A stretch of DNA of 64,000 nucleotides from Phoronis australis (GCA_002633005.1 NMRA01000797.1:14293-78292), one strand, 5' to 3'; shown: positions 12,060 to 25,676, counted from the stretch's first letter. The notes: a model not told the origin generated them from the sequence alone. Program-made: numbers and translations.

Positions 12060-13296
12060 ATATCGTTCCCATCCCCCTGTCAACAATATTGAAAAATCAC
12101 GCGAAATTCCCACGAGTCTTAGGAATTGTCCTAGTGAGTGAAAATTGCTCTCCCGCTAAGTTCAAATCACCTGTACCTACACAGGTGACAATTTGAAAGC
12201 AGAGCCTATTAGAGCTTGTAACAGGGCGGGGGTGCTATTGATGGTGATCGCAGGAGGCAGATTTCCCCTCACTCGGCGAAAGAAATACCCTCTCAGAAGG
12301 CACAGGCCACATATTAATAAAGCATAAAAATATTTCCAGGTGACCAGTGCAATGGGTCCACATGCGAGGCCTGCGCACGTCTGGTAAAACGTGTATCAGA
12401 CCGCCTGCAGTTATTTTTTTAGGCACAGGCATCTTTCACCTCCGTCAGATGAACTAGGCCCCTAAAGAAACACGATAACTATGCTTGCTCCGTTCAGTTA
12501 ACTGAAATTGAGCTCTAAAACGAGGTTATGGTTTGGATGAACAAATTAAGTGTTTTAATTTTAAAATTCAACTTTGTCCAACTTGATATTTGAAATCTAA
12601 CACCTGAAATAGACTGGGGGGAACGTACGAATTATTAAAACCAAGAAAGCAGAATTGATGGTCAAATTAATTTGATTTCAATTACTAGCCTTGTTTTTTA
12701 TTTTAATGAGAATATATTTAATAACACCAATTATTGTCAGATCAATGACAAATCTGAACTGTTAGTGCTGGTAGTCCTTACCTCACCAGGACCAAGGCTA
12801 TGCTTGATGTTAATATTCTTGATCAACAAATTAAACCAGATGAGACTAATTGCACTTGGCAGCAAAATGCGATGAACCACCGCTGTCGAATATATCTTCA
12901 ACTCGTCAACAATGCGAGCAGTTGACCTGGTTCGTGTAGAAAGCATTATCAACTATTTACAAGAAGAAATGTAACCCTGCATTCACCATAATACCTAATT
13001 AATAACAAAGTACTACGAACGCCGCAATTTGGTCATGACTACTTTTTATATTTCCGAACGAACCTAGTTTTCCGAAAAAATATATCCTTTCGCCAGACAA
13101 CTCTGTAGTGCATTGACTTGTTCTCTAATGTATTTTCTACGACTCTGTGGTTGATTGTCGACACATTTTTAAGATTTAATATCTAGGTTGAACTCGAAAG
13201 ACCAGCCTTTTAACTCACGCAACGTCAACTTCCGTTTTGTTTTTCGCAGTGAGCCTCGCTTTGGACTTTAATGTCCGCCGCGTGAATTAGGTCTAT
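12060..13296 (+). mobile_element. Interspersed DNA-transposon-like repeat, copy 1
   Basis: About 1.2 kb colinear with the reverse complement of 62889-64000. Both copies end at ...CGTGAATT(A/G)GGTCTAT. Confidence 0.75.
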
Positions 13297-13694
13297 ACAG
13301 TTTATGGTCGGATTACATTTAGTTGGGTTTTGGTCGCATCGGGCAATGCCGCTATCTCTTTGATCATGGTACAAGCCGCTCAGAAGGACGAGCGGTGAAA
13401 ATTCCCGCATATCTTTAAAAATGCGTGACTTCCTTGTAAGCGTATTATTCACGATATGTTTGCAGTAAAGGCACTGAATTCTATGTAATAGCGCGCTTTT
13501 AGTGGAGCTAGTTTTCCGATGCTTTAAATTTAAAGAGGACAAGAACGCGAAAACAGACTAAATTGCATAATTAAGAGTGTTTCTCGACCATTGAAACAGA
13601 ATCAAACGTGCTCACCAGGTATTTTTACACTTTGTTAGTTAAGATTTCAAGTTTCTGTTTGCAATTTTCTTTTACAGGTGATGAGTAGTTATAC

Positions 13695-14325
13695 TTATCG
13701 GCGACCTGTATGTGTTTGCGGACCTAGCTTTCGAGCCCATTCTGGGCCTTTCGTCAGGGTTCTGGCGGGAGTCTTACTGTCATGATGGTCAACAGTGGGT
13801 GGTCCAAGGTCGGGTGGTTCAGTGTCCAATCCTACTTGGTGGCTATTACTTGCGAGGAGGCGCTGGCGCTGGTAATTCATATCCACTATCAAACTTCAAT
13901 TTTGGCTTATTGCTCAGGATGACTTCGGCTGTTGGCGAAACCGCTCGGAATCTAGGCACCAGACTAAAAGGTCATTACAACTCATCATCTGGCAACCCTA
14001 CATCCTTAGGAGAGCACGGTATGGACGCATCGCACAACATTTGCAAACCTTCAGTTAAAATACTATCTAGAGAAAATGGATGTTGGAATCGTAAAATGGC
14101 AGAGAAGCAGTCGAAATCATGAGCAATAAACCAAAATTGAACAGAGGCAGTGGATATGAAGTACCAGCGCCTCCTCGTAAGTAAGTCACCAGGTGGTGTT
14201 GGACAACCACCACGGACCACTAATGACCATGAGACACGAAGACTTCCGCCAGTACCCCGACGAAGGACCCAGGAAGTGCTCAAAAGCTATGCCCGCAAAC
14301 ACACAGGTCGCCTATAGGTAATATA
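13695..14325 (+). mobile_element. Penelope-like retroelement fragment (GIY-YIG remnant) with inverted pLTR
   Basis: Translation VGETARNLGTRLKGH...SLGEH...H...VKILSRE...RKMAE (~13930-14110) is a GIY-YIG endonuclease signature. 13695-13920 is an inverted copy of 14120-14320. Confidence 0.75.
13719..13763 (-). ncRNA. Minimal hammerhead ribozyme motif in Penelope pLTR
   Basis: Minus strand reads GAACC-CUGACGA-AAGGCCCAGAAUGGGCUC-GAAA-GCU-A-GGUCC: intact CUGANGA/GAAA core, GCCC/GGGC stem II, AGCU palindrome and imperfect stem I. Confidence 0.55.
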
Positions 14326-15149
14326 CTCTATCCCCTACACTATGTAACAGAGCCAGCTATGAACACTCATTCTGTCATTTGTCTTTTATTTCAAATTTCA
14401 ATAAANAACCTGTCAACTGCTTGCCATTTTGTAGATGTTTCTCCCACAAGGTACGTAAACCCCGACCCCTTATTGGAAAATGTGACCTTTGATGTAAACA
14501 AGCCAGTGTCAACCAGTTCGATTAGCGGCAACTGGTGCAAGTCCTAACTGTTCAAAACGAACTTGGAATTATTTTTGGAAGATTGCTTTGCTTCACTGGC
14601 TTGCCTCATACCTTTGCCGTCGACCTCAGATTCTGTGTGATTGTGAGCGCATTTAAGTGGGAGAGGGATTAGAAACTCAGTGGTGACTACAGTTTTTCCT
14701 TCACGCGTATTTCAATTATCGTGAATTTTGTGATATTTTCTGAAAATTCCCCCACAAAGGAAAGTGAATCTCTTTAGAAGACGTTGCGAGGTGGCACTTT
14801 CGTCAGAAATTGTTTATAAGATATAATTTCCAACGATCTTTCGCGCTCCATACCTCTTTAAGGGAAACCCAAAACAAAGCGCACATCGGCTTCGACGGTC
14901 ATTTGTTCGATACGAGTCAAAATCTATTGCCGGTATCGTACCTTTATAACATGTAAAATTCCAATCAAAGACCTTTCTGGACAAAAAGCCATGCCAGGTG
15001 ATAACGCAACTAGATGGTGATAGACTGCCCTGCGTCCGTAGTCACCACATCTACTCGGGGAGGTTTTAACTCCTAAGCAACACCTCTTCGTCCGGGGTAG
15101 ACTAACATACGAGTTCACGTCAGTAACTGAAGGTGGTGTTGGTTAAAAA

Positions 15150-15492
15150 AGAGGTTGCCTAAACGAATCAAGACAGACATTTTCACTTTTGACGAACTAG
15201 CCTCTCCAAGTCGGTGATAATAGTGTCTCGAACCAAGCAGAAACAACAAAGGAGCTGAAAATTCGTGAGGCCCTACACATCAATTGGTGCAAGTCCACTC
15301 TCAACAGGCAACTGGCACAACACAGGTTGTCATTGTTATTCCCCTGTAACTGAATGTCTGTGTATCATTACTTGTTGTTGGGCCTAGCAAGGTGGTCACT
15401 GTTTTTGCTTCTGAGGATGGTGTTTAACGTCGAAGCATGTCAAGTCGATTCAAACCCATCGTTGTTTTTATCAACATATCCAAACATTTCAG
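15150..15492 (+). mobile_element. Penelope-like retroelement 3' fragment (family A)
   Basis: Encodes ...TTKELKIREALHINWCKSTLNRQ (GIY-YIG C-terminus), followed by a hammerhead-like CTGAGGA...GAAGCATGTC at 15408-15444. Homologous to 5925-6220. Confidence 0.65.
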
Positions 15493-18309
15493 TAAGCGCT
15501 TATTTTTTCGGACCACAAAGACACCATTTCATGACTGCACGGGCCATCTTCATTCTCTAGAAAACTGCAGTGAGTCAACAGATGGAAATTAAGAAAAATC
15601 GAACACATTCTTCAATCCTACCACAACAAACTTCCACGCTTTCTGAAAAAAAAACTACGACAAAATGTGTCTTGTTGATGCAGAAACGTCAAACCCTGTT
15701 GTTAATTCACTTGTAAATGTTAGAATGAGTATGATATGCGGTAATTCCATCGTTATCAGGGCAGCTTATGAAAGTATATCAGCAAACTACGAAATATCAC
15801 CTTTACACGTACAAAGTCTATTACAACACGTAAAAATCACTATACTTAATATTGCTTGGCACACGCCATTTGACAACTTGATAACTGGTAGACACTTTCA
15901 TTACAGAGGCGCTGTGATCAATTGCTTTGGCAGCATTGTTTTCAGTTTATCCGATACATGTCGCTTACGGTGCTTCAAGAAGTCAAGAGCATACTCGAAG
16001 GCGAGAAATCCACATCTTTGACGAGTTACAAATTTTAGCTCAACGAGACGTTATTTCGTGAGAAGCAGAAATCGACTGACGTACTGATATGATTAGAGCC
16101 CTTCCGGTAAAAAGAAAACGAAAACATCTTGGTCTGATTAAAATGTCTGATTGTATTAGATCACACGTAACAAACAAGGTAAATCTCATCAGCATATCAC
16201 CCAAAGAAATCCATCTTTTTGTGGTGACAGCGTCATCACAGAACTTGTTTAACATTACCGTATGCATAAACGGCAACACATCTAAGAAACAGAGCATCAG
16301 GAAAAACTTCAAAGACCACATGCAACTTGCAGGAATTAATTGACTTAAAATCTCGTGTCCATGAGATTTACGTGTTTTTAAAATTTCTTAGACTGTATCA
16401 CTGGAAAACATCCGAGGACCTCAAACACACGTTTTGAAACTACACGTTCACCTCTCATATTACCCACTTTGTCTCTCCGGAGAATAACAGCTTGTTTCGT
16501 TCCGCAAGAAAAGCCAAAATGTCAACGCAAATGAACTTGTTGTGGCCCAAAAGGAAAAACGTTGGGGGTAAAAGTTTTGTGCTGACGTACACATATCGAT
16601 TTTCTACAGAAATAAGCCAATTGGTATCATCGCGTGACACCCATTATGCCTGCAGGACCCATTAGCAATATTTAACATACATGCGCAATTGCGTCATGGA
16701 AATCGGACGTCATATCCCCCAGCTAACCCAAACTGATATGATGTGAGAAAACAGCTTGTATTTGAGTCCTAATCCAGGGCAACGCAGACACGTGACTAGC
16801 ACGTACTGCATTCTTACAAAAATAGCGTGGGTGGGAAATGAGCAAAAAACGGAGCCACCGATGTGGGGCACTGCTACTGCTATTACGTCAGTCCTGCAGC
16901 AATAAACGCCATTTTGGAGAAATGGTATACAATGTGAAATTTACTTAATTTAAGATCACAATAGGTCACGAAATGTTATTTTACAGCAGAAAGCATTCCT
17001 TGGATGTAAAATGTGAACCGAGGTAGGATGTCCCCTTGCACACCACCCCCGCTTCGTCAACTACACCCCTGGCTATTATCCAACCAACACAACAAGCTTC
17101 GTGGTTCTACTTTGCACCTGTCTTCACGTTAAAACAGAACAATCTGGGCAACTTCCTAAGTTCATACAATAAGTAATTGTAACAATCCACCAAAACATCT
17201 TCAAGAACAACGAAAAATCCTACCATAGAAAGGGATGAACTAATTATTTTAGAAGGCAATATTCGAGTTTCGTATCAGACTGATAACCAGTTATCCCACA
17301 GAAGAGGCCAGCATTCAAATGAAGTGCTTAATTTGTTCTTCCTTACAAAAATAATTCCTCTTTTAGACAAAATGTTGGTCCATCAAGAATATCCAAAGAA
17401 GTTATAATTGAGTTTTAACTTTGAAGGCAAACTACAACATACAGTAAAGATTCTCTAATTTCGAAGGGGATTGCTGAAACTTGCATTTTCCACTTTTCAA
17501 AGGCCTACAGCATAATAAAAAGGCTCAAAATGTTAACACTTATTTAATGGTCAGAGCTGTAAACTAGCAAAGACCTTTTGTTACAGTCATTGATTTACAT
17601 AAATAATTTTGTTGAATATTTCCAGGAATAAAACTCATGATCAGCCCTCCTGTGTCCTACAAAGAAGAACATTTACCCTCACCAAAAGGGAAATCAATGA
17701 CACATTCTCAACTCTCTCAGGAAAGACTTCAGAAAATGCCATATGGGTGGTGGCATTGCTTTTGTGGCTTTTAACTGTTGAAGAGCAGCAGACAACATGG
17801 TGTTTGATGAAGCAGCAAACACCACACAAATTGGTCCTAAACAAACCACAGATGGCCTCAGCTGAGCTGGAGCTTTTTAATAACAATTATCAAAACCACT
17901 ACTTAAAAGAAATTTTACCGCTCTAATTTCTCCACATTTTAACAGTCACAGGCAGAACTTGATGGATTTGAACAACTATTTTATAACATATAAGTGCTCT
18001 GTTTCAAAGATGTCTCCAATGTTAACAAAATTCTTTTTACCCTCTGTAGGTAAAAGCATTTGCTAAAAAATGTCCAAAAGTAGGAAATACCCCACAAAAT
18101 GGTGCTGCACAGCACAATGCTCTGTACACTAATATTGTATAGTGACATTACTACAGTGAGATTGCCTCACATATGCTGATCAAAACATGGCATTGTCACA
18201 GCTGGGAATAGCATGGCATGAAAACAGTAACATGTACTGGGGACTTTCAGATTTTAAACATCATCAGATTCAACTTTCATATGGTCTAACCAATCAAAAC
18301 TGATAGTTC

Positions 18310-18500
18310 ATCGTTCATTAAATGTATCCCGGATGAACAAACATTCATTGAAATGAATACACATTCAGTGAATGTATGCTGTAACATTCACATTGCCCAG
18401 TTCACTGAACATACATTGAATGTACCTTTACTGAATGTAGGTTCAGTGAATACACTTCCACTGAATACACATTAATTGAATGTACATTCATTGAACACAA
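18310..18500. repeat. Degenerate minisatellite of ACATTCA(T/C)TGAA / TTCAGTGAATGTA units
   Basis: Repeated cattcattgaa, cattcagtgaatgta, tgaatgtac and ctgaatacacatt words in both orientations. Confidence 0.6.
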
Positions 18501-19729
18501 GTTGGCTGACCAGTTAACTTATGGGACAGCAACTTAATGAAAGTTCAATAAAAGAAAATTCACTAAACGTAATTCCATTGCATACAAGTTCATGAGGCAT
18601 CTTGTGAGATTGAAAATAGATAAGCTGGCTATCCTCAGTTGATTAACAATAAAATGTTTTCCATTTGACACCACAAGCCATTTGCTTGATTCTCGACTCC
18701 ATGTCAACGGCATTGTTCAAAAATGCAAGTGATCTCACACTTGTTTTTGAGGCTCACACCTTTCGCATAATAATGTTCACTTAATCAGCATTAATACCTT
18801 TTGAACATTTCTCCCTTTGCCCTTAAGTTAATCATTCTCCTGATGTCTTTTAATGTTGCAAATAAGATGGGCAAATTTGCACCTGAACCTCATTCCATTT
18901 GAACTTGTAACAGATGCCTAAGTGTGCAGTAGCTTTCTTACGAAAAAAAATCTTTCCCCAAATTCTTGGTGAAGCCTAGCACAAAGAGCGGAACTATTTT
19001 AAATGCAAGACTTACATACGGTAGACAGAAAAAGAGCCAAAGGCAGGAAAACAAGTGGATTTAAATTTTTTCTGCACATGGTGGAGCAAATTATCATGCA
19101 CAGAACTTCGGGGTGACACTTGCTTTAACCATATTACCAACAGCTGATTTATGATCAAATGTAATTGTCTATTGTCTGGTGTCCTGGACAGAAAGAATGA
19201 AATGGGTACTGGTCGTGGGTAACTCTAACACAAAATGCGAAGAGTTGTTTACAACCTGTCTGTGGCAGGTGGAGTAGGATTCCTTCTTTGCATGTACTGG
19301 TAGTTTTGAAGGTAAGAACTCATCAACTAGCGGTAAAACCGACCACTTGGGGTGCCATCCACATTCATGGAGTTCTTTCCTTAAATACTACTCTGAATGC
19401 TAAATTAAAGAAATTGATTCTAGGTAAAAGGGCGGAATTCTAACTCAATGGTGAATTTGTCTGCCGTGAAAAAATTATATTAAAGATTCCATTGCCATGT
19501 GATTCACCAGACTGGTTAGCTGACGAATTGACCAACTTGTGTGTATAGCATCCACAATCAGACATTGCTTAACAAATGCTGTGATCCTGTGAGTGCGCAT
19601 CTGCCCCAGTGCACTGACTGACTCGAGTCCACAGTGGTACCAGTTAATCACTTAACCAGTGAGCCACCTGAACGAGTCATCAAGTAACACACTTAGCATG
19701 CGCACGAGCATTAACCTCATCCACCTCCA

Positions 19730-19743
19730 GCGCCCCCTCGTGG
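19730..19743 (-). promoter_or_regulatory. Candidate CTCF-binding motif
   Basis: Minus strand CCACGAGGGGGCGC closely matches the bilaterian CTCF core consensus. Motif match only. Confidence 0.35.
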
Positions 19744-21674
19744 TCGACTGGGCCGCCAACTACAACTTCCTCCGTTGTCGCCCATCAATGGATTATAGTC
19801 TGAAAGAGAAAGGAATTAGCACAAAGTTAATAACTAGTAGGTTAACACATGTTGACATCTCCCATTCCACAAATCGTCGACTTGAGAATACATTTTATTA
19901 ATCAATTGATACAATCTGTTCTACTCTGCCCATAGGGAGACCCTGTCGTGCTGCAGTATTATCCATCAACTCTGCTAGAACAAGACACGGATGAACATCA
20001 TATGTACAAATAATTGATTTAATGAGTCTGGTTATTATCGTCAACAACAACGACAACTGGAATTTCTTAAAGTAACTTCTTGGGCCTACATCTATGTGTA
20101 TATTAGGTGCGTTTTCAAAAGAATGGTGACGAATGAATGGAAATTATCTCAGGAAGAATAGCATTTCGCATTTAAATAAGTCAGACATACATGCTCAAAT
20201 GTCTGCTTCCAGGCTCAAATCCAAGAAAATGACGAAGAGTCCGGAATTAATGGACTAACATTGGAAGTGCTTCAGACTATGGTGAACAGTCTTCAACTCA
20301 GGACAATGAAATGCTAAAACCAACAACTTTAACTTTTCAAAAGTTCATTTGGGGCTTGGAGGGGTATCTAGTCGCCACAGTGGCTTAAAGTTTCGTATAT
20401 CATGGGTGTCATTCGCACACAATGGGTCTTTTGAAACTGACATGCAAGGTCAGTGAAAGCAGTTCTCAGTGAACCCAGTGTTCTTAGCCATTCAGCTGTC
20501 CCAGGTGGATTGTGTAACTAAACACAGCTTAGAGAATGCCACCAAAACATTACTATTTTGAATCAATTTAGATCGAGTAGTTCCACTCGACACCAGACAG
20601 CAGACGGAGGGGTTGAAATTAAACAATGACGTCACAGGTTCTAAAACACTCTGCTCAGCAGTTCGAAAAACACTTACTGGTGCCAGCTTATCGCTTCAAT
20701 TTATCGTTTTACACTATTAAATCATCAAAATTCAATGTAAAAACCTTACAAATAGATTGAATTTTTAAACACAAGTCGTTTTATTTCGCTGTAACAGATT
20801 TATAGAAATTTTAGAATGTGCCGTAAGCTAACTTACTGAGGTGGGTCACGGGAAGTTTGGAATCCTGTTAATTGATAAAACAGAATGATTCTTTCAAGAA
20901 ATATAGACAGGAGAGCAGGGCCGTGTGTCGCAATTTTAAACTCGCTCATTAGCAGTGGCTTAAACTCGATCAGGCCCACGGCAGCCAGACTGGAAACAAT
21001 TTATGAACATAAACCAGCCGGGTTAGTTGAAAACTAAACTTCCTGTAATGAAAAGACTGGACTTTGAGTGAACCAAACAAACAATGTGAACGTAAAAATT
21101 TTGGTGAACTGGCCATAAAATTGCAAATCGACTTACTCGTCGGGGCTGCAAAGTCAAGTTCACTCCACAGAACCATACAGGGAAAGGTGTACAATAACAA
21201 TGATTTGAATAATGTATATATGAATAAAGATTCCTCTACCATCTGACCATAGCATATAAAATCAAGTTTATTAGTTTCGCAACAGCTTTCTGTCAGCAAA
21301 CATTGATACAGAATTAGCATGCGCTCATACCGCATTCAACTATAGTTTTATTGCATCTGAAGCTGGTAACGCACTATGATTTATTGGTTGTAGATTTTCT
21401 CAAAACACTTGCACTCAGGAACACTCCTAAGGCATTACAAATTGTATCTACTGACAGAGACAGACTTTGACACTTTGTTTCTGCTTTATAAAAACACTGG
21501 TAAGGGTAAAAAATAATTCATTTTGAAACCGAACAATGCCCGTCACAGACACAGAAAGATTTCAGGGCCTCACACTTAGTATTACTGGCGAACTTTTTGT
21601 TACTGCTGGGAACAACTTCCACAGGATTTTGGATTCTCGAGGAAATCGAAAAAACCATATACCCAATTTCCTTG

Positions 21675-23331
21675 CAGCTTCATCAGGTTCGCACAAGTGG
21701 GAACGATATGCCACACAATAGCAGCACACACTCAGCTGAAGAACTACTGAGGTCACTGCATCGTGTACTCATCTTCATCACAGGTTAACGCGACATCTTT
21801 CTGCATGGTGAGATCGACTGAATATGAAGTGATGTGGATGTAGACTGATTAAGACGGTAAAAAAGTAGTTACCGTATTCACCCTAATAAGCACCCTGGGC
21901 GCTTAAAAAAATTCACTTCAGGAGGGCCTATTATAGCCTAAGGTGGTTGAAACCTGGTTTCCGAAACGGTGAAATCGTAAGCTAGGATTCATCAAATTTA
22001 CACTCTGTGATGTATCTGTAACCCATGACAGACTTTCTACAAAACAGTAGTGCACTGCTATCAAATTTCGTTGTTAAATTACGATCATTTTTTAAAAAAT
22101 TGTGCTGAAATCCCAGGGTGAAAACTTGCCAACTGATGCATCGCTGCCTCGCGATTGCCGATAGGTCAACCTGAATTCCTGAATAAAAATAGTTTCGACT
22201 CAACAAAATACTTGAAGTCCTCCTTAAGTTTTCAAAATAGCGTCCCTAAGATTTATAAGTTCCTGTGGAGTCGGGATCAACTGCATAATAAGTCCAAATC
22301 TGCGCTAGATAGTACCCCACAACACGAGAAAAATCTCTGGACTAACACACGTTGTTGTCACATGATGTTTGTTTTGAAGTTCGTGCCTGTATGTGAGTGA
22401 GCGAGCGCGTGCATGTCACCAGAGTTCATTTGCCAGAGTAAACACGATGTAATGATCTAGGTGTGCATACTTAGGCAGTAAAGCAGAACGTGTTTTACTT
22501 ATCACTTGTTGATCTCATCTGCTAAACATGTTCGAGAATTGTCTCGGTAAGGCCGATATTAAATGTCATTGAGTCGCTGGGTGACTGAATGCGTGACAGT
22601 CTAACAGTTACTTTCAGGGACATTCAGGGGGGGGTGTAAGGGTGCGGAAGTGTTTACTATCAGTGGGTAATTTTGACTATAAAAACATCGGTTACGATAA
22701 ATTAAATAATTCCTCCAAAAAATGCAAATGTTTTTACGGTATTAGAAACTTTCGGAAAATAGTGCCAATATTTTTTCTTGCCGTTTCATGAATAGATAGT
22801 TCCCGAAGATTAATGTCTTCGATGACAGGCACATGTATATGGCGCAAGCTTCCGGGTCACGCTCTTTTAACATCGGTCAAGTTTTCATGCGTCTTTGATT
22901 CACAGTTTTCACGTGTACAAAGAAATTTGGATTACTGTTGAGGGAGATCTGTACGGGAAAGATACAACACAATCCCTTTGATCAGTACTGAAAGGCCAGA
23001 CCATAATGGGACACATTCCACGCAAGATTAGTAAAACTTTTGCAGTCTTTGTGAAGCACGGCAGAATAGTTTGAAGTGTATAGTCACGGCTAGCGGAGAG
23101 GCTCGTGGTCTACAAATTCCATGCACAATGATTTTTTTCAGGACTGTCGGATTTTACTGATAAATTGAAGATGCTACTGAAGAATTTTAGATATGTAGGT
23201 AAGGCATTTTTCGCATGTACATGTTTGTGGGATGGGCGCTTATTTTAGCAAAGTCTGAAAATGCGTGGGGGCGCTTATAGGGGCATGGGCGGTTATTGCG
23301 GCAAATACAGTAAATCGGGTGGCATTCTCCT
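21675..23331 (-). mobile_element. Kolobok-like element end, split by a Tc2-like insertion
   Basis: 21675-21871 joined to 23313-23331 reconstitutes the reverse complement of 11605-11825. Confidence 0.6.
21872..23310 (+). mobile_element. Tc2/pogo-like non-autonomous DNA transposon, copy 2 (both ends, TA TSD)
   Basis: TA|CCGTATTCACCCTAATAAG ... TTATTGCGGCAAATACAG|TA. Colinear with 491-1525 but with ~400 bp of extra internal sequence. Confidence 0.8.
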
Positions 23332-24186
23332 CCAACAAAATGTTCATGGTTCTGGCTCAGAAGATAAATGTTTTATCATACCACATGGATTCTTGAGTAG
23401 CTGAGCCTTAGGAAGGATATCCTTCAAATGCTCATAATTTCACCGAAACAATCATACAATGGGACAGATGTACACTACACGTTAAAAGTATTCAGACAAA
23501 ATGACCTTGAATTCCATCATTACGACTTCGTGGAATTTGACTTCATTATCAGAGAAGTCTTCCCTCATGACCAAGAATAGTGGGGAATTAACAGTAAAAT
23601 TATTAAAGCCACTATAAGCCATTCTGTAGCAAGAATTGTGACACCCCTATAATTATCACTGGTTATTGTTGCACTTATATAACACCAAGATAAGTAGTCA
23701 TGATGGAAGAAAAGGTATTTTGTCTGATTACTGTTCTCTTGTACTGAACAATACAAACCATTCTGATAAATTGTTATTTTTGTCGGACATTAGAGCACAA
23801 AATTCTATATGTAATCCCTATATTGTGTCCCAAACACATTTTTTCCAAAGAAACTCGTTTATGTGAATTCTTTACTATAAAATGAATGTATTAGCCCAAA
23901 GGAAGGACAGAAAACCGCCATTAGGTTTTTTAGAAGACTGATGAGCTTGCACTTGAAATGACAATTAGGTTTGTCAGTTGATATCTCAACCCAAAATGAA
24001 CAGCGCAAGGTTAAAATTTAAACTTTGAGATTGAAAGAATGTTTTTTGGTTCATTCTCTCGGTTCACTTCAATTTACGATAAACCAAATAGCTTTACAGC
24101 TTGCCTGTTATGGCTTTCAAGTGACATTTACACAATTTTTGCTTTCAAAAAAGGTTTACAACCCACGTGGAAATAATAAAAAACGA

Positions 24187-24640
24187 AAGCACTTGGAGGA
24201 GCGACACTTGGAAAATTAACTGAAAAGACCTCAATGGAGATGATGATGATGATTTAAGTGGCGATATTGAATATTACAACAAATGTCAGTAATGAGTAAG
24301 TAAGCTGTACGGTAAATCAACAGAAGTGTAGCAAAATCAGTCAACAAAGGAACAGCGTTTTTCTGAAAATCTCAAATAATTCAATAAGTTGATCTCTTAG
24401 TGAAAAATGAAAACTATTCTCAGTGAAAGCTCATTAAAAACTCAGATAATTTTCACAAAATTCGGTTAAATTTTTGGAAATTTTCAAATTTTGCATCTTT
24501 TTGAAATTGAATGTCAAATAACTTGAAAACCGTTAAGTCTGAGAAAAAAAAATGTTACTAGTCATTCAAAAAAGGTATCCACAGAGAATCCACATGCAAA
24601 ATTTCATTGAATCATTTCCTTTTCCCGTTCAAAAATAGCA
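24187..24640 (+). repeat. Interspersed repeat with (GAT)n, copy 1
   Basis: Direct match to 26918-27337, from AAGCACT.GAAGGA.CGACACT to TTTCCCGTTCAAAA.TAGCA. Confidence 0.7.
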
Positions 24641-24674
24641 CCCCGGCACGATTGAAAATGGATGAAAACGCTTC

Positions 24675-25180
24675 ATATCCGCCATCTTGAAAGCAACTTA
24701 TAGCTAAGCAAGATATTTCCCCCATCTTTGACCGGAAGTAAACAATTTTCGGCATATCTGTAGAACACATCTGGTACAATAATCGTGATGATATTCAGCC
24801 ATGAAGGTAAAAAATAGCGGCCTCTGTGAGCATTTGAATCTGAATTTGAAAACAAAATGGTCATCACATCCGCCATTTTGAATACGTGACGCAAAACAAT
24901 AAGCCATCTTTAACCAGAAGTAATTGTTTTCCGGCATATCTGTAAAACATGTCTGATACAAAGATTTTCAGCCAGTTGTACGTCAAAAACTTACGACCTC
25001 TATGAGCATTTGAATCTGAAATTGAAAACAAAAGGGTCACCACGTCTGCCATCTTTGATCTGATCATGACCAAAAACAATGGACTTCCAGCAATTCTGGA
25101 ACTACAGGTTGTGTGTAAATTTCTTGCGGATCGGATCAAAAGTGCGACCTGTATCGTGCGAAAAAACGCTGCCATTATTT
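24675..25180. repeat. Tandem ~180-bp subrepeats with GCCATC/TTT(G) motifs (transposon-internal)
   Basis: 24721-24882 and 24903-25060 are diverged direct copies (GGCATATCTGTA...GAGCATTTGAATCTGAA.TTGAAAACAAAA). Confidence 0.6.
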
Positions 25181-25676
25181 TTAAAAAATATAGTGCACAC
25201 TCATTTTCTGAAACCTAACACCTTGGATCAAATATTAGTGACACTGATAAGACCAAAGTAGAGCTAATTTCTGAATGAATGCCCTGAGGTGTCACAAACA
25301 GAAATTCCATGTGGCGTGTATCTCATTAGCTGCCCACTGGAGTGCACATGCCCTATAAGCTACGTTGCGTAATCACGACCAGGTAATATCCACATTCTTT
25401 CAGGCCCAGCTTCTATTGTGAAGCAGAATACTAACACCATGCTAGGAACTCCTTTCCAATGAGTAGCTCAGGGTTTCAGGTTTTGTTGCTATTAGTTCAC
25501 CACTTTCGGAAATTCAAAAACAAATTAATATACACATTAATTTGTGCTCCTCTATTCAGATTTTACGATTTCAACAAATTTTTGTCCCAAAAAGAAAATC
25601 GAAAATTACAGCCAGGACGCTCTTAAGCATTCTATCCACGGATTATCTGATAAGAAACAGTAATTACCCTCACTAA

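Larger units (their letters stand above)
13534..14857. mobile_element. Kolobok-like non-autonomous element with TTAA TSD, hosting a Penelope fragment
   Basis: TTAA|AGAGGACAAGAACGCGAAA (from 13530) and TTTCGCGCTCCATACCTCT|TTAA (to 14861). Confidence 0.55.
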
